From the NCBI RefSeq assembly GCF_009914755.1, contig NC_060925.1: a stretch of DNA of 64,000 nt; one strand, 5' to 3'. The DNA comes from the human T2T-CHM13v2.0 reference genome, Homo sapiens. Positions 1 through 18,313 of this stretch are shown one piece after another (position 1 is the first letter of the stretch; every line of letters begins with the position of its first letter). Both the position numbers and the translations under genes were made by a program. Below the pieces are notes generated by a model, which was not told the origin of the DNA, made no database searches, and saw only the letters and a list, made by a program, of their open reading frames with translations.

Positions 1-26
1 CATCAAAAAGTATACTTGAAAATGTA

Positions 27-363
<337 letters not shown>

Positions 364-491
364 TTAAGGAAGTAAAGATGTACATAAAAATAACCATAGA
401 AATATTAATTTTAATAGCAAACAAATCCTAACTAAATATCCAACAATAGAAGACTGCTAAATAAATTATTCTATAGCTATACTTAAGAATA

Positions 492-735
492 TAGGTTGAG
501 TATCCCTTATACAAACATTTGGAACCAGAATTGTTTTGGATTTCAGGGTTTTTTTGGGGGGGAATTTTGGAATATTAGCATTATTTACTTAGCAGTTCAG
601 TATTCTTAATCCAAAAATCTGAAATCTGATATGCTCCAATGAGCATTTCTTTTGATTATCATGTTGGCACTCAAAAAGTTTCTGATTTTGAAGCATTTTG
701 AATTTTGGATTTTTGGATTAAGAATGCTCTACCTA
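492..735. mobile_element. Tigger4/MER46-like DNA transposon (MITE)
   Basis: Ends TAGGTTGAGTATCCCTTA ... AAGAATGCTCTACCTA form imperfect terminal inverted repeats in a TA context. Confidence 0.75.
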
Positions 736-1053
736 TAGTAAGTAGCCATTAAAAATAATGTAGAATGATACCCAATGACTTGAATAAATTTAAGATTATC
801 TTATTTAGGGAGAAGATAAGGTTACCAAATAGCATTATTATTATTATTATATAAATGGAATGATACATATGTATAGATAGAAGTCTAAAGGTGCTTTCAC
901 TATTTATTTCTGGATGGTGATATTAAAGTGGACTTTAAAATTTCTCCCTGTTGCTAGTCTGTATTTTATACATTTTTCTAACAAAGTACAAGTACTTTTT
1001 CTGTAATAAGAAAACATGGTGCCATTTTAAAGTAGAACATGTATGTAGGATAG

Positions 1054-1588
1054 TGTGCGGAAAAGAGTTAACATAGCAAGATTGACTGCTATCTCTGGAA
1101 AGGCCTGCTTGCAAAGTTGGCTCTTGGCTGTTGTCTGGGAACCTGGATTTCAGGAGAGGTCCTACCATTCCCTAACTGATAAGAGTGGCTTACTGTGCCT
1201 AAACTGTACAAACAATGCAGTTTATACCGAACACCTGCTTTCCTTCTGAGGCTGGAATTTCAGTATGTGCGAGGCAGAGGGTGCCTACGTTGCCAATCTC
1301 AATAAAAGTCTTGCACACTGAGTCTCTAATGAGATTCCCTGGCAGACAACATTTCACATGTGTCATTATGACTCGTTGCTGGAGGAGGCTGAGTATGCTT
1401 TTTGTGCTTTACCAGGGGTAGATTCTTGGATGTTTGTGCCTGCTTTCTCCCAGACTTTGCCCCATGCTGATTCTACTTTGTATCATTTACTGTAATAAAC
1501 CTGAGCTGGAAGGATGACTATATGCTGAATCCTCAAGTCCACCTAGTGAATCATCAAACCTGGGGATTGTTTTGGGGCACCTCTGAAA
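1054..1588 (+). mobile_element. ERVL solo LTR, MER68-like
   Basis: TGTGCGGAAAAGAGTTAACATAGC...GAAAGGCCTGCTTGCAA start resembles MER68; internal AATAAA; family called by eye. Confidence 0.6.
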
Positions 1589-1772
1589 AAGATAGTATCT
1601 TGTTTTTAAAGAGAGGAAATATAAAACCTGAAAAATCTTAGGTGACAGTTTAATGCTACTACCAATTCTCTTTGATAACTTGAGTGTTTTAAAGGAATGG
1701 CCGAACAACTAACCTTAAAATATTCAGGTTCTATCTTATATAAATACAGATTGTTTTAAAAGAGTCACTTAC

Positions 1773-1990
1773 AGCAGGATGAAAAACATTGATCGCTTGA
1801 ACAGAAGCCTTCCCCTTTTGCTTATACCCAAACACCAAGTCAATCCACTGACAGATGTTCTGCGACACGTAGTCAGACTCTAGAGCCTGCCGATGGATGA
1901 GGATAAAAAGACGAGGATCATTACGCGCCCAAGGGGGAAGGTTGACGTGATTAACCCGTTCACCATTCTGACGCACACCAAAATCAAAAC
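1773..1990 (-). CDS. LYST: LYST coding exon (~exon 44), BEACH domain
   Basis: 218 nt, AG/GT flanks; [60 protein letters not shown]...NVFHPA with BEACH motifs LPPWA and WIDLxFGYKQ. Confidence 0.98.
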
Positions 1991-3259
1991 CTAAAAGAGA
2001 AGATTAATATTAATATTTAACTCCCCCACAGCAAGTTTCATTCAGCCACAGAGCAGGTCTTAAGAGTTCACAAAAATAGCTGTTTGTGTGCTACAACCAA
2101 AAAAGGGAATAGCAAGGAGGATTTACATTTTGAATAAGAAACACCACTGCTCATCTACTTATGTACCTACTAATAGGGCTATGTGAGCTAATGCTATCAT
2201 AATTAAGTTTGAGATCTTTCAACTTTATCCTTCTACCACTTTACAACATATTGAAGAAAAGGAGAAAACCATTGCCTACTAATTCCAATATTCTGACTAT
2301 TCACATCTTCAAGGGCATTAAGTACTTAAATATCTATTCAATTGTAAACCTGATTAGAATCAAACTAAGGCTTTGTAGAAGCATTTCTAAACTATTGGTA
2401 TTAACATTTTAATAAATTTAAGATTATATTTAGTAAATATTAGTATTCTATAGTTTAAAAACTCAACTAATATAAAGTATACACATTGTTAGAATGAATT
2501 GCCATAGTCTATTAATTTTATAAGTCTATGGGTCTGTTCTGACTTCCTTTCTACTAAGCATTCCTGTAGATAGCAAAATTATCCCAACACAGGAAATAAG
2601 AGGGTTCTTCTGTGATGTAAATGAGCTAATATCTAATTGTCTCATCAGTATAAACAAAAATCTCAGAAGTGTTTATTTAAAAAAATTATCCTAAAGGAAA
2701 TGTTACCTTTAAACAGAAATGGCTTTTTGTGCTACATTTTCTAGTTTGCTGAACACCATAACAAAAATTAAAAATGACCTTTTAAAAGCTGATTAAGTTC
2801 CATGTAAAATTAAGTTGCTGTCTGTCTACTTTTTGATCTTGTAAAAACAGTTAGAAGGATCTTCACCAAAATACTTGGGAAGTATTTTGAAATGATATGA
2901 TATGGAATATAAATCAAGGGTTTATATAAATTCACATGGGATGGGGATGTGAGCATCTCAGAAAGCTCAGCAGTCATCGTACAGAGCAGCTGCATGGTTG
3001 ATTTAGGATGGACTGGCTGAGCACCTGCAGAACTCCATGTGTGTGGCTTCAGGAGCGGCAGCAGCAGGAACTTATTTATTTAACAGTGAATGAGGCATCT
3101 GGGAATGGGCTGGGGATGGGGTGCATAAGGGCATTTGTACAAACTCAATCTTTCCCAACTTTCAGGTGTTCTGAGGGAACATCTGACTCCTGACCCAAAG
3201 CAGACAACTGACATACGAGAGTCCCAGGGGAACACTGATAGGAAATGATATGATATACG

Positions 3260-3866
3260 CTGTAAAAAACTGTGTTTTCCAAAAATGGCTATAACAGCAT
3301 TTCCTGTCTTGCATGCCCTTCCAGAATCTTGCTACTCTCCATCACAAGGCAAAGTCTATCTTCCTTTCTTTTGAATCTGGGAAGACACTTGTGACTGCCT
3401 CAATGAATAGGAAGAATACAGTGGAAGTGATGCTGCGTGGCTGCTAAGAACAGGCTGGAAAAGGCCATGCAGCCTCTGTTCGTCTCCCTCTTGGAACACT
3501 TGTCTTTGGAACCCTGAGTTGCCAAGTAGGACATCCAGGGCTGCCATGCTGTGGGGAAGCCCAAAACTAGCCCACACAGAGAGACCACATGAAAAAACAC
3601 TGACATTGCATGAAGAGAGGGTGATGTGCTCCAGCTGCCTAAGGCTTCATCTCCTGCCTGTTCCAGCTCCAGAAAACCTGAAGGCAACAGCATGAGACAC
3701 CCTGAGCTAAAACCATCTAGCTGAGCTGTTTCTGAACTTCTGACCAATTTCTTATTTCTGACCAATAAAAAATAATTTTATTACCTGTGATTGATAATAA
3801 ATTTATTATTGTTTCAAGCCATTAAGTGTTGAGATTATTTGTTATACAGCCACAGATAGCTAGAAC
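3260..3866 (+). mobile_element. MaLR solo LTR (MLT1G/H-like)
   Basis: MLT1 3' end TTTCAAGCCATTAAG...GTTATACAGCCACAGATAGCTAGAACA. Confidence 0.7.
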
Positions 3867-4738
3867 ATACATATAAGAGACCATGGACAGAGAAAACAAG
3901 GAGTAGATTTAAACAGGAGTCCTAAATGAAAAGCTTCAAGGCAGGTGCCCCAAATTGCAGGTGCTGATGTTTGACTGAGGCATTTCTCACTTGAGCAACA
4001 CTATGAAATAAGCTCCAGGGTGGCATGAATCTACTGATGATTCAATAATCAATCAAACAACCTCAGAGACACAGATACTATACAACAAAATTCCAATGTA
4101 ATTTGCCCAACACCAACTTCTTAAAGCTGTTTCATATGCTCTTAAGGATCACATAAAATTATAGAATTAAGTAATATAAGAAAATGACCCAAAGATACCC
4201 CTTAAAGGGTTAGCTGCTCTTCTATTTAAGAATAGCTAAGGTTGGCAGCCAAGACTGTTAGTTGGCATCACAGAAAATTTGATTTTATACTCCAGTATTC
4301 CTTTTGGTTATTAGATAATTCTGGGCAGAGTATTTTATTTTTATTTTGGTCATTCCTCATAAAATAATTGAGATTTCAGTTAATTTACATTTTGCTTTCA
4401 GTAAAGTCATACCTCTTATTTTTAAAGTAATTAGCACATTATAACTTTTGTATTCAGAAAAAAGAATAAAGCAATTTCTATAATAAAATTAAAATACATA
4501 TTTACAAATAACTTTAATAGTTAAAAGTTACAGTTTTCCAAACATATTTAGTCCTATAAAATACTTAAAATCCTCAAGCTTATTTGAAAATAGAATTATA
4601 TACTTAATAAAAAACATTTTCTCTTATTTGGGGACTCAAAAATTTTTAGGACTTAAAAAAGCTATTTTCATTTTTGGAAAATTACAAAATAACCACAAGC
4701 CCTCAGAAATATAAATTAAAAATAATTTATTGCTATAC

Positions 4739-4879
4739 CTTCACGGTTAACTAGGAACTCTGGAAGATAGAAAAACTCTGGGATAAGTTCTTTCACATCA
4801 GTCATAGATTCAAAAGATGAGAGTCGCCAAGTTGTATTTGTAGAATGAAAAGTTCTGTCTGGAATGTCAAAACTTTGAT
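4739..4879 (-). CDS. LYST: LYST coding exon (~43), BEACH domain
   Basis: 141 nt, phase 1-1; [13 protein letters not shown]...[21 protein letters not shown] (ELIPEFF BEACH motif); absent from the ORF track. Confidence 0.98.
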
Positions 4880-6203
4880 CTATAAAAAAATACAAATAAT
4901 ACGATTAAGACACAAAGACCTAATTCTATTTGAGGCCTATCATAATTAATTTACTTTTGCCACTTCAAAAAGATTAAAATAATGCTAATTTTGTTTGCCC
5001 ATAGTTTAAAAGAAGTTATTCATGTTCTTGAAAATAAATATTTCTATAAACTTGAGATCATATTACATTTTTCATCTGTATTATGCTTTTGTAATATATA
5101 TTATTAGATTAGTTTATATCATCTATTTGTTTAATTTTCGTCTATCTATCAAAGTAGAATGAAAGTTCCACAAAAACAGGGCCCTGGGATATCACCCACA
5201 CCTTGCACATAATGGGTATTCAATCATGGTTTATTTATTGAATGAATGAATAATGAAGAAGGAAAATTTAAGTTCAAGTAGGCAAACAGTTTTTTCCCCA
5301 TCAGGAAGCATGATTCCTTCACTTTGAACTGTTAAGACTACTTTTTCTCCTTTCTTTTCTTTCTTTCTTTTTTTTCGGGGGGGTGCGTAGGTTACGGTGC
5401 ATTGTTTTTTGGTGTTCTAACTCTGAGCTAAAGAATTGAGTAAAATTTCCTGTGAATGAAAATAAAAATAAGCATAGTCACTCTTTCGTTCATTTTTTTT
5501 CCAGGGTAGACTATTAATAATAAAGAATTAAGTTTGGACTCTCTTTTCTGCCAACAATGATCAGACTTTCTAGCCATAGGGAAAGGCCTAGAATATTAAA
5601 TGATATCCAAAAGCTAGCCTCTGAAAACAGTAGCAGTTTACATGTTTCTTAGGAACCATATTGCATCATCTAAAACTCCTCTGAACTTGTTGAAATTTGA
5701 ACACATCTTTTCATTTGGAGACTGCCACAAACACATCGCAGCATCAGGTTTCTTCTCCCAGCCTTAGTTGCTCTGCTGAGCAACATCTTCTGTCACTTGT
5801 ATTACTTTCTCATCTATTCTGTTGAGTCAATTGGCATTGGCTGGCCACTAAAAAAAATCTGGGAAGAAATAAGGTTTAGAAACATTTACTTTTTCTCAGA
5901 AAGTAAGGAGGGCCACTTAAAGAAATACCTACTAACTTAGTAGAAAAAGTTATCAATCAAAATGGAATTCAGAAAAATTAAGGTAATTCTCAAAAACAAA
6001 CAAAAAAACTAAAAGAAAAATTAAGGTAATTTTGTAAGGCTATGGTGAGGTCAAAGTATCTGGAGCTAAGACTAAGGAAATACGGAACAAGAGTAGCACA
6101 TTGGGTAGGTTCTGTTCAGATTTTAAGATTCTCTGTATTTTCCTACATTTTATTAAACAGTACTACTACAAATTCCCATTATCTAGAATATGCATATATT
6201 AAA

Positions 6204-6437
6204 CCTGTGGTTCTCAACCAGTAGCACTTTTGCCCTCCAGGGGTTATTTGGCAATGTCTAGCAACATTTTTGATTCTCACAACTGGGGGGATGGGGTGTG
6301 GGTGGTGGTGGTACTACTGGCACTAGTAGGGAGAGAACAGGGATACAGCTAAACGTCCTACAATGCACAGGGCAGCTCCCATGACAAACGAATTATGCAG
6401 CTCGAAATGACTACAGTGCCAAGGTGGAGAATCCCTG
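6204..6437. mobile_element. MER20 (hAT-Charlie) DNA transposon
   Basis: CTGTGGTTCTCAACC ... GGTGGAGAATCCCTG termini and typical internal sequence. Confidence 0.8.
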
Positions 6438-7813
6438 CATTAAACCAAAGCCAAGAAATAAATTCAAAAGCCAACAGATATCACTTGAAACTAATGAGAT
6501 GAAAGTGAATGGAGACTGAGGTAGTCCTAGGTTTTAAACAAAATATATTCATAAATACATAATGAAGAAAACATAATATATGAATACATTCATAATAGTA
6601 ACATGAATAAAAATATTGATAAATTTTAGTTGATTGGTAGTTTTATATTAATGGGTTCTTGGGCTACATTAAATGAAATGTAGTCTTGGATGGAGGGAGG
6701 TAATAGTTCTGTTAAACACTGTAGGGGCCCAAACCACATCTGAAATATTCTTTTTTATTTTGACTGCCTTTTTCTTTTCATCAAGAGCATTCACAAATCA
6801 GAACATGTCCAGAAAGATCTTCAGAATAGTGACAGGCTTGGAAACCACAGCAAACAAGGATGGCTTAAACATTGGTTTTAAAAACTCTTTATTTAGTACA
6901 AAACTGTCCTATTTATTTTTTGGTATTCCTTGCAGCAGCTGGGATAGGACCATGCATCCAGGAGGCCCTCAATCTGCCGTCAAATTAACCAAGGATAATT
7001 AGCCAGGGGAAAAACAAGAGAGAGAGAGAAAGGGAACAGGCCAACAATTTTCAAATATTTGAACAGCTGTCATATAGAACATTTGTTCTGTTTACTTACA
7101 GAGAGACAAACATAGGAAAGCCCCTTTTATAGACCAATAAGAGTGAATACAAATTCATTCCTCCAATAGGTTGTACATGAGTAAAAAGCATGAAGTAGTT
7201 CAAGAATGGTTGAGTAAAAGAATGGATAATGATTCCTCAAAGTATTCTGGATTCCATGAGAAACAGCTATAGAACTAATATCACCGTTCTCATTAGAAAC
7301 TACAGGTGAGTATGTCCCAATCTCCACAAAAATACAAATTCACTCCTATCTAAGTCATGTTCAGGCCTCCAGTCTGTCACTTAAAATGCTGATGTAGAAG
7401 ATTATTAACTACAAAGCTACCACAGTGAAGTTGCCGGTGTGCGTCTTTTATTAACTAGTTATAATAAACCTCAATAATGTACTTGCCTTTATAATAAACT
7501 GCAATAATGTACATAGGCTCCAAAGGTAACTTACTGGATTTGAAATAAGTATTAGGTAGAATGTCTTTAAAAAGTGAACTGCATAAACTTTAAAAGGGTA
7601 AATTTTATGGTTTGTGAATTATATCTTAATTTTTAAAAAGTGAATTGCATTTTTATAAACTTAGACATTTAATTTGAAGCTAAAATTTGAGACATTAGCA
7701 AGATGATTTGGCTTACTACAGCTTTTTTGAGGAGCACTTTGGGCAAGGAATAAATAGAATTCTTTTTCCTGTAGTTTGATTAGTCTTAATAGTTCTTAAA
7801 ATGTCAGTCCTAA

Positions 7814-7837
7814 GTTGTTGTTGTTGTTGTTGTTGTT
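7814..7837. repeat. (GTT)8 microsatellite
   Basis: Read directly from sequence. Confidence 0.95.
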
Positions 7838-7882
7838 TCTGATGACCCAACATGACTTTTTAGGCAGTTATTAAATTCTTAC

Positions 7883-8039
7883 CTTGATAGGCTAAAAACA
7901 TTTTAGTGAAAGGAGGCATCCTGACCAGGAAGTGAAGCACAGTGCCGCTATTGGAATAGTGGGAGCCATAGTGATAGGGCTGCACGGGAGGCATGGGGTC
8001 ATCTTCTCTGGCTCCTTTGCGGTACTCTTCCTCCAAGTA
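7883..8039 (-). CDS. LYST: LYST coding exon (~42), BEACH domain
   Basis: 157 nt; [52 protein letters not shown] (HYGSHYS motif). Confidence 0.98.
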
Positions 8040-9394
8040 CTGAAAGAAACGGTGAATCCAGAGAATTCATGATTGTGGGCTCCAGGCAACGCTAGAAAAG
8101 TGCTGGATGTTTTTTTTTCTCTCCTTCTCTACTACCCCTTTGAGGCCATTCTCCATGGCTGGCCCTCCCACTCTTACCCAGGAGACTTCAGCCTCCTTGA
8201 GTGTCTGGGAGTCTTCTCCTTGGTGCCTCACTAAGACCCAAACACTCAGAAGCATTTCTCATCTCCACCTTCACTCTTTCATTCCCTCATAGAAAACCTA
8301 CCTAACTTTGAGCACTCCACCTCCTAACTAATGGCTCATAATGTCTAAGCTGATCAAGCACCCAACAAATGAGAGGTGCTTCTGTCACTAGAGATGTCTT
8401 CATTTCAAAAGAGTTTCAAGATGTAATGCTATGCTGTCTAGAGAACTGCTTCTCTAGAAGTAGAAATGCAATAGAAATGTAAAAACTATGTCACATTATT
8501 GGTAATAATATAACATTTTAAGTCTGTTTTACAGTGCAGTTATCAGAGATAAAAAAAAAAAAAGAATATGGTGATTTTTCACTACTCCTATCTTCCCATC
8601 ATAAAGTAGGAAGTTCAACCAAACATTTAATATCTGTCACTATTCTTGTCTCCCATAGCTTCTGTCTGGTTCTGATAACAAAGTCAGGTATAGTGAATTT
8701 TCAAGAGTTACTTCTTGATTTCCACAGCAATGACGCATTTTCAACTGCTGAAGAATCAAGTAGTGACAGTCATAAGATGCTTAGAGGGATGTTTCAGGAA
8801 CTGTGGCATAAAATAATGTGATGAATATGAGAAAAGTGTTTCAGTTGCTCCTGTCTTGATACTCGTGAAGAATGTAATGCGTAGCTATTGTGATTTTTGA
8901 ATTTCCAATAGAATTTCATTAATATTAATTTCACAGAAAAAGGTAATTCATTTTATTTTTAAAATGTTAAAATCTGATAAATTTTTGTTTAATAAACCAA
9001 TGCATAATTTCCTGAATATGACTAATGGTTATGGGTACATTATAAATATATTAACACTATTACATAAATAACACTAGGGGATACGAATAGCAGGTCCCTG
9101 GAAATCTTTGTGATTTTTATAAGGAATGTGACTACTAAATACTGGAATAAACAATGAGTTACTGGCTTTCAATTTATGCCAAAATAAGTGTATTCTTTTT
9201 CTGGGCAAAGTGTTCTCAGAAAATCAGGATAGAAAATGATATTTCATTTCACATAATGATTTCTAGTTGTCTGTCAATCCTAGTACAAGAAGGTAAAAAA
9301 TCCATAGTATAAATTTAAAATTAGGTAAAACACAAGTCTGTAAAACAAAACACAATTTTTCATTTAATAAAGTACGAGTAAAAACAAAAGCTAC

Positions 9395-9461
9395 CTTGTA
9401 TGTGTCCACATAACGATCTTCTTTTTCTTTATACTGAACAGCTATAGGTTTAGAGAGATTT
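9395..9461 (-). CDS. LYST: LYST coding exon (~41), BEACH domain
   Basis: 67 nt; [23 protein letters not shown]; CAG acceptor, GTAGCT donor. Confidence 0.97.
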
Positions 9462-10561
9462 CTGCAAGAAAAGGACAATTTTAAAAATTAAATATTTTGA
9501 TACTGTCAAGATTAAGCTCCCTAGATGTCTGCATCTTGTAAGTAGGTAAGTGGTCAACAAAATGCTCCACCCTTATTTCTCTGCTTAAACATATTGTTTT
9601 GTAACTAACAGTCACCATTCAAAATTATGATTTCAGAAATTAAGGTAGAATTTTCCCCACAGAGCCAGGCCAGTATTAGGAATTCCTGACTTACAAGTAG
9701 CCTAAATAAGAAGGGCTACTACTATCCTTCTTTCCCTTACTTCTGCAGCTTCCTCTAGAGTCATAACTGATGTTGCTCGTGGGAGCAGATTCCTAGACCA
9801 AGCCCTGAAAGTTAGTGTCCCATTTTCCAGACTCTACATCCAGTTAGGCGGTGTAGAATGAAGGGCAGTTTCGACAGAACTTAGGAACAGAGGAAGATGC
9901 TGTGTTATTAGCCTAGTTAGTTAAAACTGAAGAAACAACACGTGCTTAAAATGACCAAGCTGAGATTTGGAGACTGAGAACTGAAATAAATATTTTGCTA
10001 CCTAGTTAGTAGATGGGGAGTAATACCATTGCGCACAGTGTAGAGTATGTATGCATGCGTACAAATCTGTCAGTGCCGGTGTTCACATTCTGTGAACATC
10101 ACATGACACCATTCCTTGAAGCAGGAGAATGAATTCTCATCCCTCCAGGAATGAATCCTCACTTTTACAAGCTACAGAATCATGTGGTGTCCCTGTGTGG
10201 CACTTGAAGGAGCAAAAGAAAAAGCTCTGATGAAGAAGGGCAGGCTCTTTTGGCTGAGGAACCATCTGGTCTGGCACAGGCATGGGACCACCTGGATTTC
10301 AACCTGCAGCACCATAACTAGACCAACAGCAAGATTTGCCTACATTTCAGTGAGTCAAACCAGGTCTGCTTAACCACATGTTGATACATCTTTTTTTTTT
10401 TAATATAAATTACTATTTTCTAGGAATGTTGAAATTAGTTGTATTAAATGCACTAATTTTGTCTTTGAGATTTTTCTAATCATAAAAACCTTGTTAAAAA
10501 GCAAAAACAATTTATAGAATAGATACAAATTAACATCTAAAAACAGAGCAAAATCACTTAA

Positions 10562-10846
<285 letters not shown>

Positions 10847-11046
10847 TGCAATTTTTTATAGATAGTATAAATAGGGGTTTTTTTTTTTTGGACACAAGCT
10901 ATGTTAATAGTTGTAGCTGAAAAATACAAAATTACAGTTGAGCAAACAATAAACTAAAAATCAGCCACAATACTATTACCCTAGGCCACACATGTTGGTC
11001 TATACACACCCAGATGTTTTTGTATTTATCTGTGCAAGCATATTCA

Positions 11047-11244
11047 CTTTTTTTTTTTTTCAGACAGTTTCACTCTGTCACCCAAACATGATCTCAGCTC
11101 ACTGCAACCTCCGCCTCCCAAGTTCAAGTGATTTTCATGCCTCAGCTTCCTGAGTAGTTGGTCTCGAACTCCTGACGTCAGGTGATCTGCCTGCCTTGGC
11201 CTCCCAAAGTGCTGGGATTACAGACTTGAGCCACTGCGCCCAGC
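11047..11244 (-). mobile_element. Alu with internal deletion
   Basis: Right arm joined to left arm without the central linker. Confidence 0.85.
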
Positions 11245-11704
11245 TTAAATCTGATTTCTTGAGAACTGTCTGAATTAGGCCCACTCTTTGGCACTTACAG
11301 CTGAAATACTCTAGTATACTAAGTGAAATATTTGGAGTCCATTTTTCTTTAAACTAAACATCAGAATATTTTTTCATATTAAACGAACAAAATATTCCCT
11401 CATCAACTAGGACTATTTGGTTACTCTAAAATACAGTTCATTCAGGAAAGGCAGAATAAATGCTGAATTCTGTTCCTTTAATTGCCAAATTTCAAAGTAA
11501 GGAATTGGTGCCCTATTACCTCTAATGGGACCAATGAATTTTGTTTCACTGTGTTTCCTTGGCCTTTTAAAAAGTATCACTATGACCTTACGTTTCTTTT
11601 TATTTCCATGTGTTTCAACTAATTGCAGTCATTATTCTTTTTATTCTCAGACTATCCTATCTTTGGCAGCGAGAGGCACTTCAAGTTGGCTTCTGAGTCC
11701 TTTT

Positions 11705-12001
<297 letters not shown>

Positions 12002-12099
12002 AACTTCTGAGTCCTTTTGACAAGACCATATTAGTTTCCTCGCTTTCTGACACAACAAAACATCCTAGGCTCACCTTGTCTATTTTCTTCTAATAAATT

Positions 12100-13290
<1,191 letters not shown>

Positions 13291-13346
13291 AAGAAATACA
13301 ACATATGGATGGATGAACCCTAAAGGTGATGATTCTTTTAACTTAC

Positions 13347-13591
13347 CTGTATATCAACAGATCATTGAGGTCAAGTGTCTCACTAACGTAGTCAGCAAGT
13401 ATAAATGGGAACACAGGATACTGCATGAGATCATTGAAGGATCGGCCAGCATGTTTGTTTAAGTGAGTCAAATATTCAAAATTAGTAATTTGCCCAGTAT
13501 ACCATAAATTTGTCAGAGCGGTGATGTTACCATATTCCAGAAGATTAGGGAGGTTATTTGTGAGTATATTGTGGTATACATCATCACGAAC
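13347..13591 (-). CDS. LYST: LYST coding exon (~40), PH-BEACH junction
   Basis: 245 nt; [11 protein letters not shown]...[39 protein letters not shown] (start of BEACH). Confidence 0.98.
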
Positions 13592-14479
13592 CTAAAAGGG
13601 AAGGAGAAGAAAAAAACCCAGATATTATTTTTAGTCTTATTGGCACTTTTCTCCAAAGAACCCATGACATTATAGACATGTTACAAATCTCATGTCCTCC
13701 AAAAAAAGATTTTTTTCTCAGTAACATTAATGGGTAGAGAACTGAGATTCAAGTCCAGGTTGTCCTCCAGAGGCTGGGCTCTTCACCACTATGCTTTACT
13801 GCTGCAGAAATATGTTAATAAAAACCTTCTAAGAAAAAGTTTGTATAGAAAAGTCACTTAAGACACAGATACTAAAAGAAAAAAAAATAAGGAAAAAAGA
13901 AGAGTTTTCTTCTAAATAAATGCAATATGGTGTAGTAGAAACAGCACGGTCTTCTGAATTGGACAGATCTGGTATATTTTCCTGCTAACCTTCTGTGCTA
14001 CAGTTACCATGTCTATAATATGGGAGTGATAATATTTCTCTCATAAGAATTAAATAAAGTATCCTATGTAAATAGGATATTTGATTTTCACTACTGATTG
14101 AAAACATATATAAACTCTTTTTTAGAGATTCACAATAGTTTTGTCACAGAAAAGGGGTATTGGTTCTTTTAAAGCAATTAAATAATGATTGCTAATAAAT
14201 GAAAAAAACAGACAAGACGAGCTTTGCTAAAAACAGATATGAAATACCCATTCTAAGCAGGTATATGCTTCAGACACAGGAAGAAGAGCCACAGATATGG
14301 ATAATGAGAGAGTGAACTTAATGAGGAAATGTACTGGTAGTTGTGGAATAGGCAAAACCACAGAGAATAGAACATCCTAAACCTGTAGCCTAAATCTGAA
14401 GTTTGCCAATTGTTAGCGCTAAGGTCCACGGAAGGGGATTTATGACAGACTATAAGCCAAGCCCTGGAAGGAAAAGGAG

Positions 14480-16420
<1,941 letters not shown>

Positions 16421-16713
16421 GAGAAATGGTGGCCGAAGGGATTAGAGGTCAAGAGAGTTTGTCAAAGATGGACCCTGCTACAGCACTGAGCAAGTTTAAA
16501 TTACTCCTTTCAGTCATTTTGGGGAATCAGAATTTACCTCACTGTGGAGGTCAAAGACAATCCTCATATAACAAAGGCTTCACTTTAATCAGGACTAAGA
16601 AACATGGCAATTTTATTCGATTTCAGTAAACCTTCATGTAATCAGTATGAGTATAGTTACATTGGCCCATGAGCACTTAAACAATATATATCAATTAATA
16701 AGGGTGAATTTAC

Positions 16714-16866
16714 CTTGGTGTTATCAAATGCCAACAGGAGTGTTCTGCCATTTGTTAGAAAGATTTCTACAGCATTATCTCTCAATTGCCACCAACGCTT
16801 GTGAACTTCTTTAATTTCTTCATATGTCCAGGAAAATGATGCTGGTTCCAACTCTCCCTGAAGGCT
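16714..16866 (-). CDS. LYST: LYST coding exon (~39), PH-like domain
   Basis: 153 nt, phase 0-0; [51 protein letters not shown]. Confidence 0.97.
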
Positions 16867-17059
16867 CTAAGACAAAGAAATAGGCAAAAATATTTGTTTT
16901 ACCGGAAATATAAATAATTACTTTAATTTTAGATTTTAAAAAGCATCAAAATAAAACAGAAAATCTTTTTGTGGCAGATGGCAGATAAGATTACCTGAAA
17001 ACTCTCCCAATGCAAAACACCTCAAAATGAATGATAAAATTTAGAAATAAAAAAAATAG

Positions 17060-17500
17060 GCTTTATTTTTTAGACTAGTTTTAGGTTTACAGAAAATTGA
17101 GCAGATAATACAGAATTCTCACGTATCCTCCCCTCCCTTGGCCCTGCACTCACAGTTTCTCTATTATTAAATCTTGCATTTGGTGTGGGACACTAATTAC
17201 AATTGATGAACCAATATTGCTACAATTTTTCTTACCTAAAGTCCAGAGTTTATATTCACTCTTTGTGTTGTACATTCCATGGGTTTTGACAAATGTATAA
17301 TGACATGTATCCACCAAATAGTTTTATTGCCCCAAAAACCCTCGGTACTCCACCTACTCATCCCTCCTTTCCTCTCCCCAATCTCTGGCAACCACTAATT
17401 TGTTTACTGTCTCTATAGTTTTGCCTTTTCCAAAATGTCATATAGTTCGAATTATACAGTATATAGCCTTTTAAGGTTGGCTTCTTTTACTAAGCAAATA
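17060..17500 (-). mobile_element. L1M 3' end fragment
   Basis: TTTTAGGTTTACAGAAAATTGAGCAG...CTCTGGCAACCACT...TTTTGCCTTTTCCAAAATGTCATATAG. Confidence 0.7.
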
Positions 17501-17824
17501 TCCTTTTAAATACATAGCTGAGCTTGCAAGAAAACAAGGGAAATGACATCCCCAGAAGTCAAAAATGTAGAGGAACTGGAAAATCAGCACTAAGCAGGGA
17601 GTGATACTCTGGTTGCTCTGTTGTATGTGTCTGCATGTGCATGCATGTATGCACATACCCCAGTTTCAGAAACAAATTGACGTAGGTTCACAGCAACTTG
17701 AGGACAGAAGATGAGGCCCTGGGCCCCTAGAATCAGGGTATGGAATTGAGATTGCTTCAGAAAGCTAAAACCTAGGAAGGGATTTGTTCCTAATGAAAGA
17801 TTAGACAAACAAATGTGCCCATCA

Positions 17825-18313
<489 letters not shown>

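Noticed and set aside
7459-7519. Two-copy ~30-bp tandem duplication (TTATAATAAAC..CAATAATGTAC); a similar one at ~51440-51512
   Set aside because: Ordinary slippage duplications with no functional hint
10140-10380. GC-richer patch with an AP-1-like TGAGTCA
   Set aside because: A single 7-mer is expected by chance in 64 kb; it cannot be supported without chromatin data
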